Under the pieces are notes generated by a model. It did not search any database. It was not told the origin of the DNA and saw nothing but the letters and a program-made list of their open reading frames with translations. From Bdellovibrionales bacterium (GTDB lineage Bacteria; Bdellovibrionota; Bdellovibrionia; Bdellovibrionales; UBA1609): a stretch of 64,000 nt of DNA. The DNA lies in assembly GCA_027459485.1 (NCBI GenBank), contig DAIDIG010000007.1, positions 81,070-145,069 of the forward strand, given 5' to 3'. Positions 55,941-64,000 of this stretch are shown here, one piece after another. Within the stretch, counting starts at the first letter, position 1; every line of letters begins with the position of its first letter. Both the position numbers and the translations under genes were made by a program.

Positions 55941-58441
55941 AAATATCGCTGAATTGGGTCAATGAATTTGTCGACATCACAGACTACTTTGCAAAACCGC
56001 GAGAGTTGGCCGACGCGCTAGTGGCGGCAGGCCTTGAGGTTGAGCAAATCGACAATCCCGGCGAGGGGTTTCATCATGTGGTCGTCGGCCATATCGTTGA
56101 ACTAGGCCGCCATCCTAACGCGGATAAATTGACGCTTTGCCAAGTCGACACCGGTGAAAAAATGCGCCGGCAGATCGTCTGCGGAGCTAAGAATCACAAA
56201 CAAGGTGACAAAGTGGTCGTCGCGATCCCGGGGGCCGTGCTGCCAGGCGACTTCGCGATTAAAATTTCAAAAATTCGCGATGTCGAAAGTCAGGGGATGC
56301 TGTGCTCTGAATCCGAGCTGGCTTTTAAAGAAAAAAGCGAAGGCATTCTTATTTTACCGGCCGATGCTCCGATCGGTGAACCCTTCGCAAAATATTGGGG
56401 GCTCGACGACGTCGTATTCGAGATTTCAATCACTCCCAACCGCGCCGATTGTTTAAGTCACTTGGGTTTGGCTCGCGAAATCGCGTGCGTGCTCAATCGT
56501 CCGCTTCGGTCGGCATCTGAATCTAAAAGGGCGGCCGCTAAATCCGCGCATGACGCCGCGGCTAAGGCGAGAAAAAATGCGGTGGCGGTCAACGTTCGCG
56601 ATTCAAATCTCTGCCAGCGCTACTGCGGCCGGTCCGTTTTCGGTGTCAAAGTCGGCCCGAGCCCGGCGTGGATGAAGCGCCGCCTCGAGTCGCTCGGGGT
56701 GAACTCCGTCAATAACGTGGTCGACGTGACCAATTACGTGATGCTCGAACGTGGCCAGCCGTTGCACGCGTTTGATTTGGCTTGTCTACGAGGCGAAAAA
56801 ACGGGTTCACCTCAGATAATCGTGACGCGCGCGCAAAGCGGCGAAAAATTCAAAACCTTCGACGGAACGGAATTGACGTTAACGGGCGAGGAGCTGACCA
56901 TTCGCGATGCCGATCGCGCTGTCGCCCTCGCAGGTGTCATCGGCGGCCCGAACTCCGGCGTGAGCGAGACGACCCAAGACGTTTTTCTCGAAGCCGCATA
57001 TTTTTCGCCGAAAGGCGTGCGACGCACCTCGCGTGCGCACGCGCTTGAGACGGATTCGTCGTACCGCTTCGCTCGGGGGGTCGATATCGAAGCCACGCTC
57101 GAAGCGATGAATCGCGCGTGTGATCTGTTTCACGATTTAGCGGGTGGCACGCCTTCTTCCGATTTTGTCGATGTTTACCCGAACCCGGCGAGGCGCCCTT
57201 CGATTGTTGTACGGTATGAAAACCTGTCGCAGCGTCTCGGTTACTCCGTCGACAAAGCCGATTTGGGCAAAATTCTCGAACGACTTCAGTGTACGGTTAA
57301 AGAAAAGGGGCAAAATGAAATAACGGTTGAGCCGCCGTCGTTTCGCGTCGATCTCGAAATTGAAATGGACATCGTTGAAGAGTACGGGCGGTTGAACGGT
57401 TACGACAAAATCCCCGAGACATTTCCGGTCTTATGCGAGCGCCCGACCGATCATGCTAAAAGCTATCGGAGCGAATTCGTCGTGCGCGAACAATTGGTGC
57501 GCGAAGGGTTTTTTGAGGCGCGCAATTACGCTTTTTTAAATCCCAGGTGGCAAAGCGAATTTGTCGATGTCGCCCGGTTCGGTAAAATGGGGCTCGCACT
57601 TGACGGCGAACCGGTGAACGTGCGCAATCCGCTCAGCGAAGAAACAAGCGTCATGCGCATGAGTTTGATTCCGGGTTTGATACACAATTTGCTTCACAAT
57701 GAACATCGGGGAGTTTCTCACGGCCGCCTATTTGAAATAGGTCGCGTGTTCGTGAAATCAGCCGACGCCAAGGCTGCCGATGTCGAATCGCTCGCGGGGT
57801 TTCGCGAGCCGCACCGCTTGGCAATGCTTGCGTGGGGCTACGAGCGTGGACTTTGGCAGAAGTCGGATCACCCGGCGGTTTTTGATCTGAAAGCGGCGAT
57901 TGAATCGCTCATCGGTCATCTGAATGGTCGGGTTGAAATTCAAAAATGGCAGGGTGAGGCGAATCCGCCGGCGTTTTTGCACCCGGGCCAAACCGCCACC
58001 GTGTTTTACGAAGGGCGTACGATCGGCTTTCTGGGCAGCCTTCATCCGATGCTGCGCGAGCTTCACAAAATCCGTTCGGATGCCGCGATCGCCGAGCTCG
58101 ATGTCACCGCCCTCATGCGCGGGCAGCCGCGGGTCGCGAAGATCAAATCGATTTCGAAATTCCCGTCTGTTGAACGCGATTTTTCTTTGGTTGTGCGCGA
58201 TTCGGTTACCGCCGGTGAGCTTGTCAAAGAAGCGGAAAAGGCGGTGGGGCCGCTCCTGCAAGCGGTTGAAGTCTTTGACGTGTTTCGCGGGGCAGGAGTA
58301 CCGGAAGGATGTCAATCGGTTTCGATTCGCCTTGTACTTCAGGATTTGAATGCAACCTTGACCGAAGAGACCTTGAAAACGACTACGCAGACGGTTTTGC
58401 AGCGACTTGGCCAAAAATTTGACGCCAAAGTACGGACTTGA
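55937..58441 (+). CDS. pheT: phenylalanine--tRNA ligase beta subunit
   Basis: 834 aa. [12 protein letters not shown], tRNA-binding domain, and B3/4, B5 and FDX-ACB domains. The start overlaps the pheS stop (ATGA). Confidence 0.95.
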   Translation: MKISLNWVNEFVDITDYFAKPRELADALVAAGLEVEQIDNPGEGFHHVVVGHIVELGRHPNADKLTLCQVDTGEKMRRQIVCGAKNHKQGDKVVVAIPGAVLPGDFAIKISKIRDVESQGMLCSESELAFKEKSEGILILPADAPIGEPFAKYWGLDDVVFEISITPNRADCLSHLGLAREIACVLNRPLRSASESKRAAAKSAHDAAAKARKNAVAVNVRDSNLCQRYCGRSVFGVKVGPSPAWMKRRLESLGVNSVNNVVDVTNYVMLERGQPLHAFDLACLRGEKTGSPQIIVTRAQSGEKFKTFDGTELTLTGEELTIRDADRAVALAGVIGGPNSGVSETTQDVFLEAAYFSPKGVRRTSRAHALETDSSYRFARGVDIEATLEAMNRACDLFHDLAGGTPSSDFVDVYPNPARRPSIVVRYENLSQRLGYSVDKADLGKILERLQCTVKEKGQNEITVEPPSFRVDLEIEMDIVEEYGRLNGYDKIPETFPVLCERPTDHAKSYRSEFVVREQLVREGFFEARNYAFLNPRWQSEFVDVARFGKMGLALDGEPVNVRNPLSEETSVMRMSLIPGLIHNLLHNEHRGVSHGRLFEIGRVFVKSADAKAADVESLAGFREPHRLAMLAWGYERGLWQKSDHPAVFDLKAAIESLIGHLNGRVEIQKWQGEANPPAFLHPGQTATVFYEGRTIGFLGSLHPMLRELHKIRSDAAIAELDVTALMRGQPRVAKIKSISKFPSVERDFSLVVRDSVTAGELVKEAEKAVGPLLQAVEVFDVFRGAGVPEGCQSVSIRLVLQDLNATLTEETLKTTTQTVLQRLGQKFDAKVRT

Positions 58442-58484
58442 TAGCCTATTATGTGTCACATTGACGTGACAGCGGGGGGCCATT

Positions 58485-58829
58485 ATGGCGAACGAAAAGG
58501 CGGCGGCTGAAAAATCGACCGTAACAAAAGCCGATATAGTAGAAAAAGTTTATCAAAAAATCGGATTTTCAAAAAAAGAGGCGTCGGAGCTTGTGGAGAT
58601 GGTTTTTGATCAACTCAAAAACACATTGATCGCGGGCGAGAAAGTCAAGATTTCGGGCTTCGGCAATTTTCTGGTGCGAGCAAAGAACGAGCGTGTCGGG
58701 CGCAACCCGCAGACAGGTGAGCAAATCAAGATTTCAGCCCGTCGTGTGCTGACGTTTCGGCCGAGCCAAGTCCTCAAAGGCATTTTGAACGGCGAAGATA
58801 TTTCGAATATCAAGGAAGACGACGAATGA
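58485..58829 (+). CDS. ihfA: integration host factor subunit alpha (HU/IHF family)
   Basis: [37 protein letters not shown]. pheST-ihfA synteny. Confidence 0.85.
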   Translation: MANEKAAAEKSTVTKADIVEKVYQKIGFSKKEASELVEMVFDQLKNTLIAGEKVKISGFGNFLVRAKNERVGRNPQTGEQIKISARRVLTFRPSQVLKGILNGEDISNIKEDDE

Positions 58830-59332
58830 GCGAAGATTCAGTTTTCGAAGTCTTTAACGAAAAAAGATTTGCTCCGTCGCTGTGCGATTTTTCGGCCACG
58901 CTTTTTGATAATCAATTGCAGCGCGAACTTGCCGGCATCCCCGACAAGCTTGCGTTTAAAATCGGTGAAGTCGCCGACATCGCGGGAGTTAAAGCCTACG
59001 TTTTACGATATTGGGAGACGGAGTTCGATCAGTTGGCTCCGCAAAAATCTAGTAAAAACCAGCGCGTCTACTTGAAACGCGACGTCGAAATTGTGCTCAT
59101 GATAAAAAAGCTGTTATACCGCGATCGATTTTCAATCGAAGGAGCGCGGGTTGCATTGAGCCGCTTGAAGCGCGATTTGAAACATATCAAGTCGACAGGT
59201 ATCGACGAGGCGCACGCCATAGACCCGGCAAATGGGGCCGACCGCCTCCATGAAATTCGCCCGATGCTCGAAGATCTAATTTTGCATGTGGCCACCCTGA
59301 AACAGCTGGTCAGCCCCCGAGGGCAGTGCTAA
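58826..59332 (+). CDS. MerR family transcriptional regulator
   Basis: [24 protein letters not shown]...[11 protein letters not shown] pattern. Overlaps the ihfA stop. Confidence 0.85.
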   Translation: MSEDSVFEVFNEKRFAPSLCDFSATLFDNQLQRELAGIPDKLAFKIGEVADIAGVKAYVLRYWETEFDQLAPQKSSKNQRVYLKRDVEIVLMIKKLLYRDRFSIEGARVALSRLKRDLKHIKSTGIDEAHAIDPANGADRLHEIRPMLEDLILHVATLKQLVSPRGQC

Positions 59333-59341
59333 AAGGGGCGA

Positions 59342-59369
59342 GCGGGGGCCCCCGCCACCGACGCTTTTT
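59342..59369 (+). terminator. weak terminator candidate after the merR-family gene
   Basis: GCGGGGGCCCCCGC palindrome (59342-59355), then TTTTT at 59365-59369. The 9-nt gap between stem and T-run is not ideal. Confidence 0.3.
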
Positions 59370-59399
59370 GGTAACAATAGCGCGTCAGATACAAATTTT

Positions 59400-59476
59400 C
59401 CGACCGTGGCTCAGCCCGGTAGAGCGCTTGCTTGGGGTGCAAGAGGTCGTGGGTTCAAATCCCGCCGGTCGGACCA
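59400..59476 (+). tRNA. tRNA-Pro (anticodon GGG), CCA encoded
   Basis: Hand-folded cloverleaf: acceptor CCGACCG/CGGTCGG, D arm GCTC-AGCCCGGTA-GAGC, anticodon arm CTTGC-TTGGGGT-GCAAG, T arm GTGGG-TTCAAAT-CCCGC, discriminator A, CCA. 77 nt, with the C1:G72 pair typical of bacterial tRNA-Pro. Confidence 0.92.
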
Positions 59477-59588
59477 ACCGAAAATCCCCCCGCATACTTC
59501 GTTGCTCCTCAATATGTAGTCAGGGGTTCTTCGTCAGGTTGGCACGGACCGAGATCTACGCCCTATAACTCAATGATCTTCGAAAAAG

Positions 59589-62027
59589 CTACTGCAACTG
59601 GCAATAGAATTTAGCATTCACGGTCGTAAATGCACCGGCCGTTACGTTGAACTGGACGGGTTCTTCGACAAACAATGTCGGCGTGCCCGTTGCTCCCGGT
59701 AAACTAATCGAGTTGTTACCTGGCAAGATTTCATACGAAGAACCGTCGTTCGCGCTCGGCATGAGGCCGACTTGATCGGGCGTCGGCGTGGCACCCGGGC
59801 TCGTGAGCGTATTCGCGGTCAAGTTCATGAATTGGTCCAGATAGCTGACCGTATTGGTAGCGGTATCTGAACTCGCGCAGGCCGGATAATTCGCGCCGCC
59901 GCAAAGTTGGATCATGAAGTTGTACGTACCCGTAGGAGTGAAACTGCTGGTGATCGCTCCCGCCGAATTTGTCACGTTACAATTCGATTTCTGAGCGTCG
60001 TACGTCATCACGACATTCGCGCCAGCCGTCGGGGCTGGCGTCGCCACGTCGGTCGGAGTAAAATTAGCGCAAGTCGGGGCGCTGCCGCGCAAGCAGCGAT
60101 TGCCACCATTGTTGTTGGGGTCGCACAGACCGTACATATCAACGCCGGTCTTCGTGCCGAAGTAAACGTTACCATTGAATACGACGGGGCTTACGTGCTT
60201 GGTCGCGCCATTCGCTTGATCGCTCGGGTTTGCCGTGCAGTCGCCTGCGGTTTTGTCGCTGCTGAACAAAAAGCCGTTATCATGATATCCGCTTTTGTCG
60301 ACATAATTCGGGTCGTAGTACATATGGTTAGCATCGAACGCGTACAAAATGGCTTCATCTTGGCCGCTCGGGGCAAATTCGCGGTTCGTGTCAACAAACC
60401 ACAAAATCGCGTTCGGGTAAGCTCCCGGTTTTGTATTCGCTGAAATTGTCGGCGTGCCGCCCGGCCAACCGAATAGCCAGTTCGAGCGATCCGCTGGCTG
60501 CAGGATATTCGCTGTCGTCGGAGTATATGAGGGAGGCACAACTTGGCCATTCGTCAATTGGTACGAGCGAATGTGATCGCCGACGGGCGCATAATAGATG
60601 CGGCCGTTATAATAGGCGGGGCTCGAATAAATCCCATCATTGCCATTGTTGAAAATTCCATTTTGTGCATACGGTTGGCCGTTTAAGTTAAAAGATTGCA
60701 CGATGTTTTGAAAATGACTTGCCAGCGCGTTGTACCCGCCCAAACGATCGCGATTGAGCAAATAAACTTGCCCGCTTTTACCACCGGCCACAAGAAGGTG
60801 GGTGATTCCTGGCTGATCGGGGATCACCATTACCCCACCCGAGCCTACATCGAGGTCAATTTGAATCGTGTTCATATTGATTTGATCAAACGGTGTAAAA
60901 AAACTCGTTTGTTGTAAATCGCCGCCCGAAAGAGCGAATTTCAAAATGCTGCAGCCGAAATTCAATTGGCCGTCGAAGGCGCCGTTGCCGGTCGAGACGT
61001 AAATGTTGCCGTTCGGCCCGATCGCCGGAGCGCCACCGAGCGCCCATATGCCGGCTTGGCCACCGGTCTGAGTGGTTTCGTGTGAACCAGTTTGAACAAG
61101 TTTATTGTTCTGAACGGAATAAACTAGCAGTAAACCGCTATAAGGGCCTTCGTCGCAACTGGAAGAAAAGGGAATGATCACTTGCGCATTGCCGTTGGCA
61201 TCGGTCTCAAGCGCCAAGCCTTCATGCTGTGTCGAGTGCAGGGCATCTAAGCCTTGCGGCAGCTGAATTTGCACGGGGCCGCCGAATTTTTCGGTTCCGG
61301 TCTTAATATCAAGAGCGTGAAGCATCAGTCTGTATTTCAAATTGAGTTCAGCTTCGGTCGGATTTTGAGGTAGATTCACCGTCGTGTCTTTCGTTACCGT
61401 CACGACGTAAAGCGTGTCGGTCGTCGGGTCTATCACGGGTGTGGAGTTGATGCCGATCGTGCTACCCGGGTATGGCGCGATGTCAGGGCACTGCACGTCC
61501 GCCGTGCTCGCGCCTTGGCCCGAGGGCCCCATGCCCGTCAGGGCCTGGCTGTGAGGGTTCGGTTGCCATGTGCCGTAAGCGGTCAGAGTCTGAGTGAAGT
61601 GATCCACCCAAATCGGAGAAGGTGCCTGACCCTGTACTTGGGGCCCCGATGCATCGTACGCGTAGACAGAATCACCTTCAGTCGAAACGTAGATCATGTT
61701 CAGCGGCTGGGCAGAGCCGGGGACTAGCACATTGGTAACATAAAGAGGCTGGGCGTACACATACGCGTCAGTTGGGAATTCGGTGATTTTGCCGAAAGTC
61801 GCCGCCTGCACGTTTTGGTGAGTCAGAATTATTTCGTTTGGGTCGAAGTTAGTGCGATAATTATCATAGCTGCGCGTGAACATGCCTGTATGCGAAGTAA
61901 TAGGTGGGGGAGCGCCGGATCCGCTGGAGTTGCCGCCATCTGGTTTCGCACCGTTGTGACCCAAAGCCGGCCAAGTGATCAGCAAAATGAGAAACACAAG
62001 AATGTCTCGTGTGAATCGGTCGAGCAT
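59589..62027 (-). CDS. secreted beta-propeller repeat protein (PQQ/BamB-like blades) with Cys-containing C-terminal region
   Basis: 812 aa with a signal-like N-terminus. Recurrent blade motifs (IYVSTEGDSVYAYDASG, LYVVTV, GNIYVSTGNGAF, GQVYLLNRDRLGG, GRIYYAPVGDHIRSY, AILYAFDANH, GNVYFGTKTG). AAGGA RBS. Confidence 0.6.
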   Translation of the reverse strand: MLDRFTRDILVFLILLITWPALGHNGAKPDGGNSSGSGAPPPITSHTGMFTRSYDNYRTNFDPNEIILTHQNVQAATFGKITEFPTDAYVYAQPLYVTNVLVPGSAQPLNMIYVSTEGDSVYAYDASGPQVQGQAPSPIWVDHFTQTLTAYGTWQPNPHSQALTGMGPSGQGASTADVQCPDIAPYPGSTIGINSTPVIDPTTDTLYVVTVTKDTTVNLPQNPTEAELNLKYRLMLHALDIKTGTEKFGGPVQIQLPQGLDALHSTQHEGLALETDANGNAQVIIPFSSSCDEGPYSGLLLVYSVQNNKLVQTGSHETTQTGGQAGIWALGGAPAIGPNGNIYVSTGNGAFDGQLNFGCSILKFALSGGDLQQTSFFTPFDQINMNTIQIDLDVGSGGVMVIPDQPGITHLLVAGGKSGQVYLLNRDRLGGYNALASHFQNIVQSFNLNGQPYAQNGIFNNGNDGIYSSPAYYNGRIYYAPVGDHIRSYQLTNGQVVPPSYTPTTANILQPADRSNWLFGWPGGTPTISANTKPGAYPNAILWFVDTNREFAPSGQDEAILYAFDANHMYYDPNYVDKSGYHDNGFLFSSDKTAGDCTANPSDQANGATKHVSPVVFNGNVYFGTKTGVDMYGLCDPNNNGGNRCLRGSAPTCANFTPTDVATPAPTAGANVVMTYDAQKSNCNVTNSAGAITSSFTPTGTYNFMIQLCGGANYPACASSDTATNTVSYLDQFMNLTANTLTSPGATPTPDQVGLMPSANDGSSYEILPGNNSISLPGATGTPTLFVEEPVQFNVTAGAFTTVNAKFYCQLQ

Positions 62028-62154
62028 TTATTTTTTCCTTTGTGGAATTTGGACCGAATGGTACAGAATTTCACAAAAATTTTCGACTGTTAAAAATTTA
62101 ACAGGCCGGTGAATTTTTTCATGGGGTAATTGGGTTTAAAAACTGGAGCCGGGT

Positions 62155-63633
62155 TTGCACTTGCGGATCAGAATGTTTTTAAAAGAATCAGAGCAGCATC
62201 TGGCCACCTTTTGTCTGTCAAAGTTTTTGTCAGTTTTGACGATTTGTGCGGTTCTGACCGGATCATCTCAGGCTTTTGCCGACCGCGCGCTCCATTGGGT
62301 GAATCCAATTGATCGTTATTCAGTCGCATGCAAGATGAAAGTTTTGCGCAAACTCGGATGGTCGATTCGAGTGAATCCGAATGCTATAGAGCCGCAGCTT
62401 TCACATGACCCCGCTTGTTATCAAGCTACCCAGTCCACGACATGGCGCCCGCACAACGTGTTGGTTTTATCGCCGGCTCAAATGGCCCAGCTCGGCGGCA
62501 AGGTCAAGACCAATTCGTATGGCCCCGCCGTGCTCGACGGAGTAGAGGCGCTTGATTTAGCCCTTCACGCTGACGGGAGCCGCTGTCTGTTCCAGCAAAA
62601 ATACAACCGTGCTGTGCGAAGCGCGATCGGGTGGTTGAGTTCGGATCATCTGTTTCAATTTCCGCTCTGGACAAACAAAGATATTTGGATTTCATCGATG
62701 TATTGGCATCGCGTTGGCTGTGTGACTCCGCACGGTAATGGTGGGTCGAATATCTGCTATATGCCCGAGCAAGGTCATGTTTCACAGGCAATTGAAGAGT
62801 TGCAATATGAGCCTGTGCTTGCCGATTGCAATATGGCGGTCGACATTGCTGAATATCTAGCCATAGATCGCGTGTTTGGCTCGCAAACGGCTGCGGCGTT
62901 TGGCGATTATCCGTGGAGGCCTAACAGCGAGAGCCCAGTGTTAAATGCGCGGTTTTATATTGGCCCTGACGAGTACAAATCAACCAGCGTTTTGATGGGC
63001 AAGTACACGGCTGAAACTTTCGAAGGTCCCGACGGGCAGATCATGTACGATTGGTCGGGGCTTGCGCGGGCGTCGCTCGGGCCGCAGGCGCTGATCGGGT
63101 CAATGGGTGAAATTGAACACGTTAACGGCCCAAAATTTCTAGATGACTTAAACAATCAAGCCGAGAATTTTATAATCGACAATATTGGTGACAATGCCGT
63201 TCGGGCTCTGCAATCCATGGGCGGCATAAAAGGTTTCGATGCGAACCTAATCAAAATTTGGCAACTGGCCGAACAAATTCAAAGTGAAATTGGTCCTGCG
63301 GGGCGCGCGTATTTGCGGGGCCTTGTGAAGGTGAACGGCAACCCATTCCCGACGAGCGGTATGCCGCTGGCGCTAAGAATTACTTCAGGGCTCTCTGGTG
63401 ATTTGGCGAAAAATTATGTCGAGTTATCAAAATTGCTCCGCGATCCATTTTTGCAAGAAACGAGACTTTACGTTCATCCTTTGGGGGTGAATTCGATCGC
63501 CTACTATCTGGCCCGTCTTGCAGTTCAGAACCCGAGAACTCCCTATAAGATTCGTTTTACTTACGACACCATTCATGGCGAAATCTTCAACCGCTGGATC
63601 ATAACCCAACTCAACCGGTGCGACGCAAAATAA
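62155..63633 (+). CDS. hypothetical secreted protein
   Basis: 492-aa ORF. TTG 62155 has GGAG 6 nt upstream, and ATG 62173 is an alternative. Signal-like LSVLTICAVLTGSSQAFA. No motif recognised. Confidence 0.55.
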   Translation: MHLRIRMFLKESEQHLATFCLSKFLSVLTICAVLTGSSQAFADRALHWVNPIDRYSVACKMKVLRKLGWSIRVNPNAIEPQLSHDPACYQATQSTTWRPHNVLVLSPAQMAQLGGKVKTNSYGPAVLDGVEALDLALHADGSRCLFQQKYNRAVRSAIGWLSSDHLFQFPLWTNKDIWISSMYWHRVGCVTPHGNGGSNICYMPEQGHVSQAIEELQYEPVLADCNMAVDIAEYLAIDRVFGSQTAAAFGDYPWRPNSESPVLNARFYIGPDEYKSTSVLMGKYTAETFEGPDGQIMYDWSGLARASLGPQALIGSMGEIEHVNGPKFLDDLNNQAENFIIDNIGDNAVRALQSMGGIKGFDANLIKIWQLAEQIQSEIGPAGRAYLRGLVKVNGNPFPTSGMPLALRITSGLSGDLAKNYVELSKLLRDPFLQETRLYVHPLGVNSIAYYLARLAVQNPRTPYKIRFTYDTIHGEIFNRWIITQLNRCDAK

Positions 63634-63872
63634 CCGTGTCGCGCCTCGTAACAGTACCGATACACTAACGCGGCACTTCCCAACCTTACCGATGTAACGG
63701 ATGTGAGTCTTTTACTTGTCACTCGATTGTATTTGAATGAACAATATGCAAAACAATAATCTGCGAGTAGGGGCTCGTGACAATTTGCTGGTTTGAATAG
63801 AGTCAAACTTCATAACAGTATAGCAGCGCGGATCGGCGAAAGCATTGAGTTCACGCGCGAAAGGGGGATTAG

Positions 63873-64000
63873 ATGAAAGGGTTTAAAAAAATGTGGGTGA
63901 CGGCGGGGCTTGGAGTTGCGGCTCTCGCTCTGTCGGCATGCGGCGGCGGAGGTGGCGGTAGCAGCGTTTGGACTCCCGTGATCATCGTGCACAACGGATA
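63873..64000 (+). CDS. putative lipoprotein, 5' fragment (runs off window)
   Basis: AAGGGGGA RBS, then ATG 63873. MKGFKKMWVTAGLGVAALALSA-CGGGGGGS is a lipobox followed by a Gly linker. The frame stays open to the window end. Confidence 0.5.
   Translation, partial: MKGFKKMWVTAGLGVAALALSACGGGGGGSSVWTPVIIVHNG

Noticed and set aside
59400-59588. Genomic island integrated at tRNA-Pro.
   Set aside because: No integrase gene is present, and I found no direct repeat of the tRNA 3' end downstream within the window. I kept only the weaker observation that orphan secreted genes follow the tRNA.
1-64000. CRISPR arrays, rRNA genes, IS elements or transposases, prophage genes and toxin-antitoxin pairs.
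   Set aside because: I looked for spaced direct repeats, rRNA-like conserved stretches and DDE, integrase or capsid-like ORFs, and none was apparent. The XRE genes lack an adjacent small toxin-like partner.

Overview
This is a densely coding 64-kb chromosomal segment from a Gram-negative bacterium with about 62 genes. GC is roughly 50-55% by eye, not computed. Gene order is loosely reminiscent of Bdellovibrio-like or delta-proteobacterial lineages, but taxonomy cannot be set without a database search. Housekeeping blocks are rbfA (3' fragment)-truB-rpsO-pnp-M16 peptidase-dut, mutL-miaA-yicC-gmk-rpoZ-spoT, ssb, proB-proA, mutS2-lnt, and a kefC-like antiporter, a trmH-family methyltransferase and pheS-pheT-ihfA-merR-tRNA-Pro(GGG). 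The centre (17.0-32.0 kb, minus strand) is a type II secretion cluster, gspC-D-E-F-G-H-I-J-K then gspL-M-N, interrupted by one opposite-strand orphan gene and followed by ssb. I saw no rRNA, CRISPR array, transposase or integrase. Four accessory pockets stand out. (1) A response-regulator/GGDEF gene, a DUF2844-like gene and a DUF3443-type lipoprotein form one block, and the lipoprotein reads as a complete pepsin-like (A1) aspartic protease. (2) An AT-richer islet at 47.7-52.1 kb holds a weakly GNAT/LuxI-like orphan, two HTH regulators, a stand-alone ThiF/E1-like enzyme coupled to an alpha/beta hydrolase, and a basic aromatic-rich protein. (3) Next to the T2SS lie a truncated FabD-like protein without the catalytic serine and a 502-aa secreted orphan. 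(4) Two large secreted orphans follow tRNA-Pro. Other observations are Pro/Gly low-complexity tails with an in-frame 21-bp tandem repeat on T2SS components, and three hairpins that enclose start codons. All functional calls come from reading motifs by eye, and no searches or structure predictions were run.
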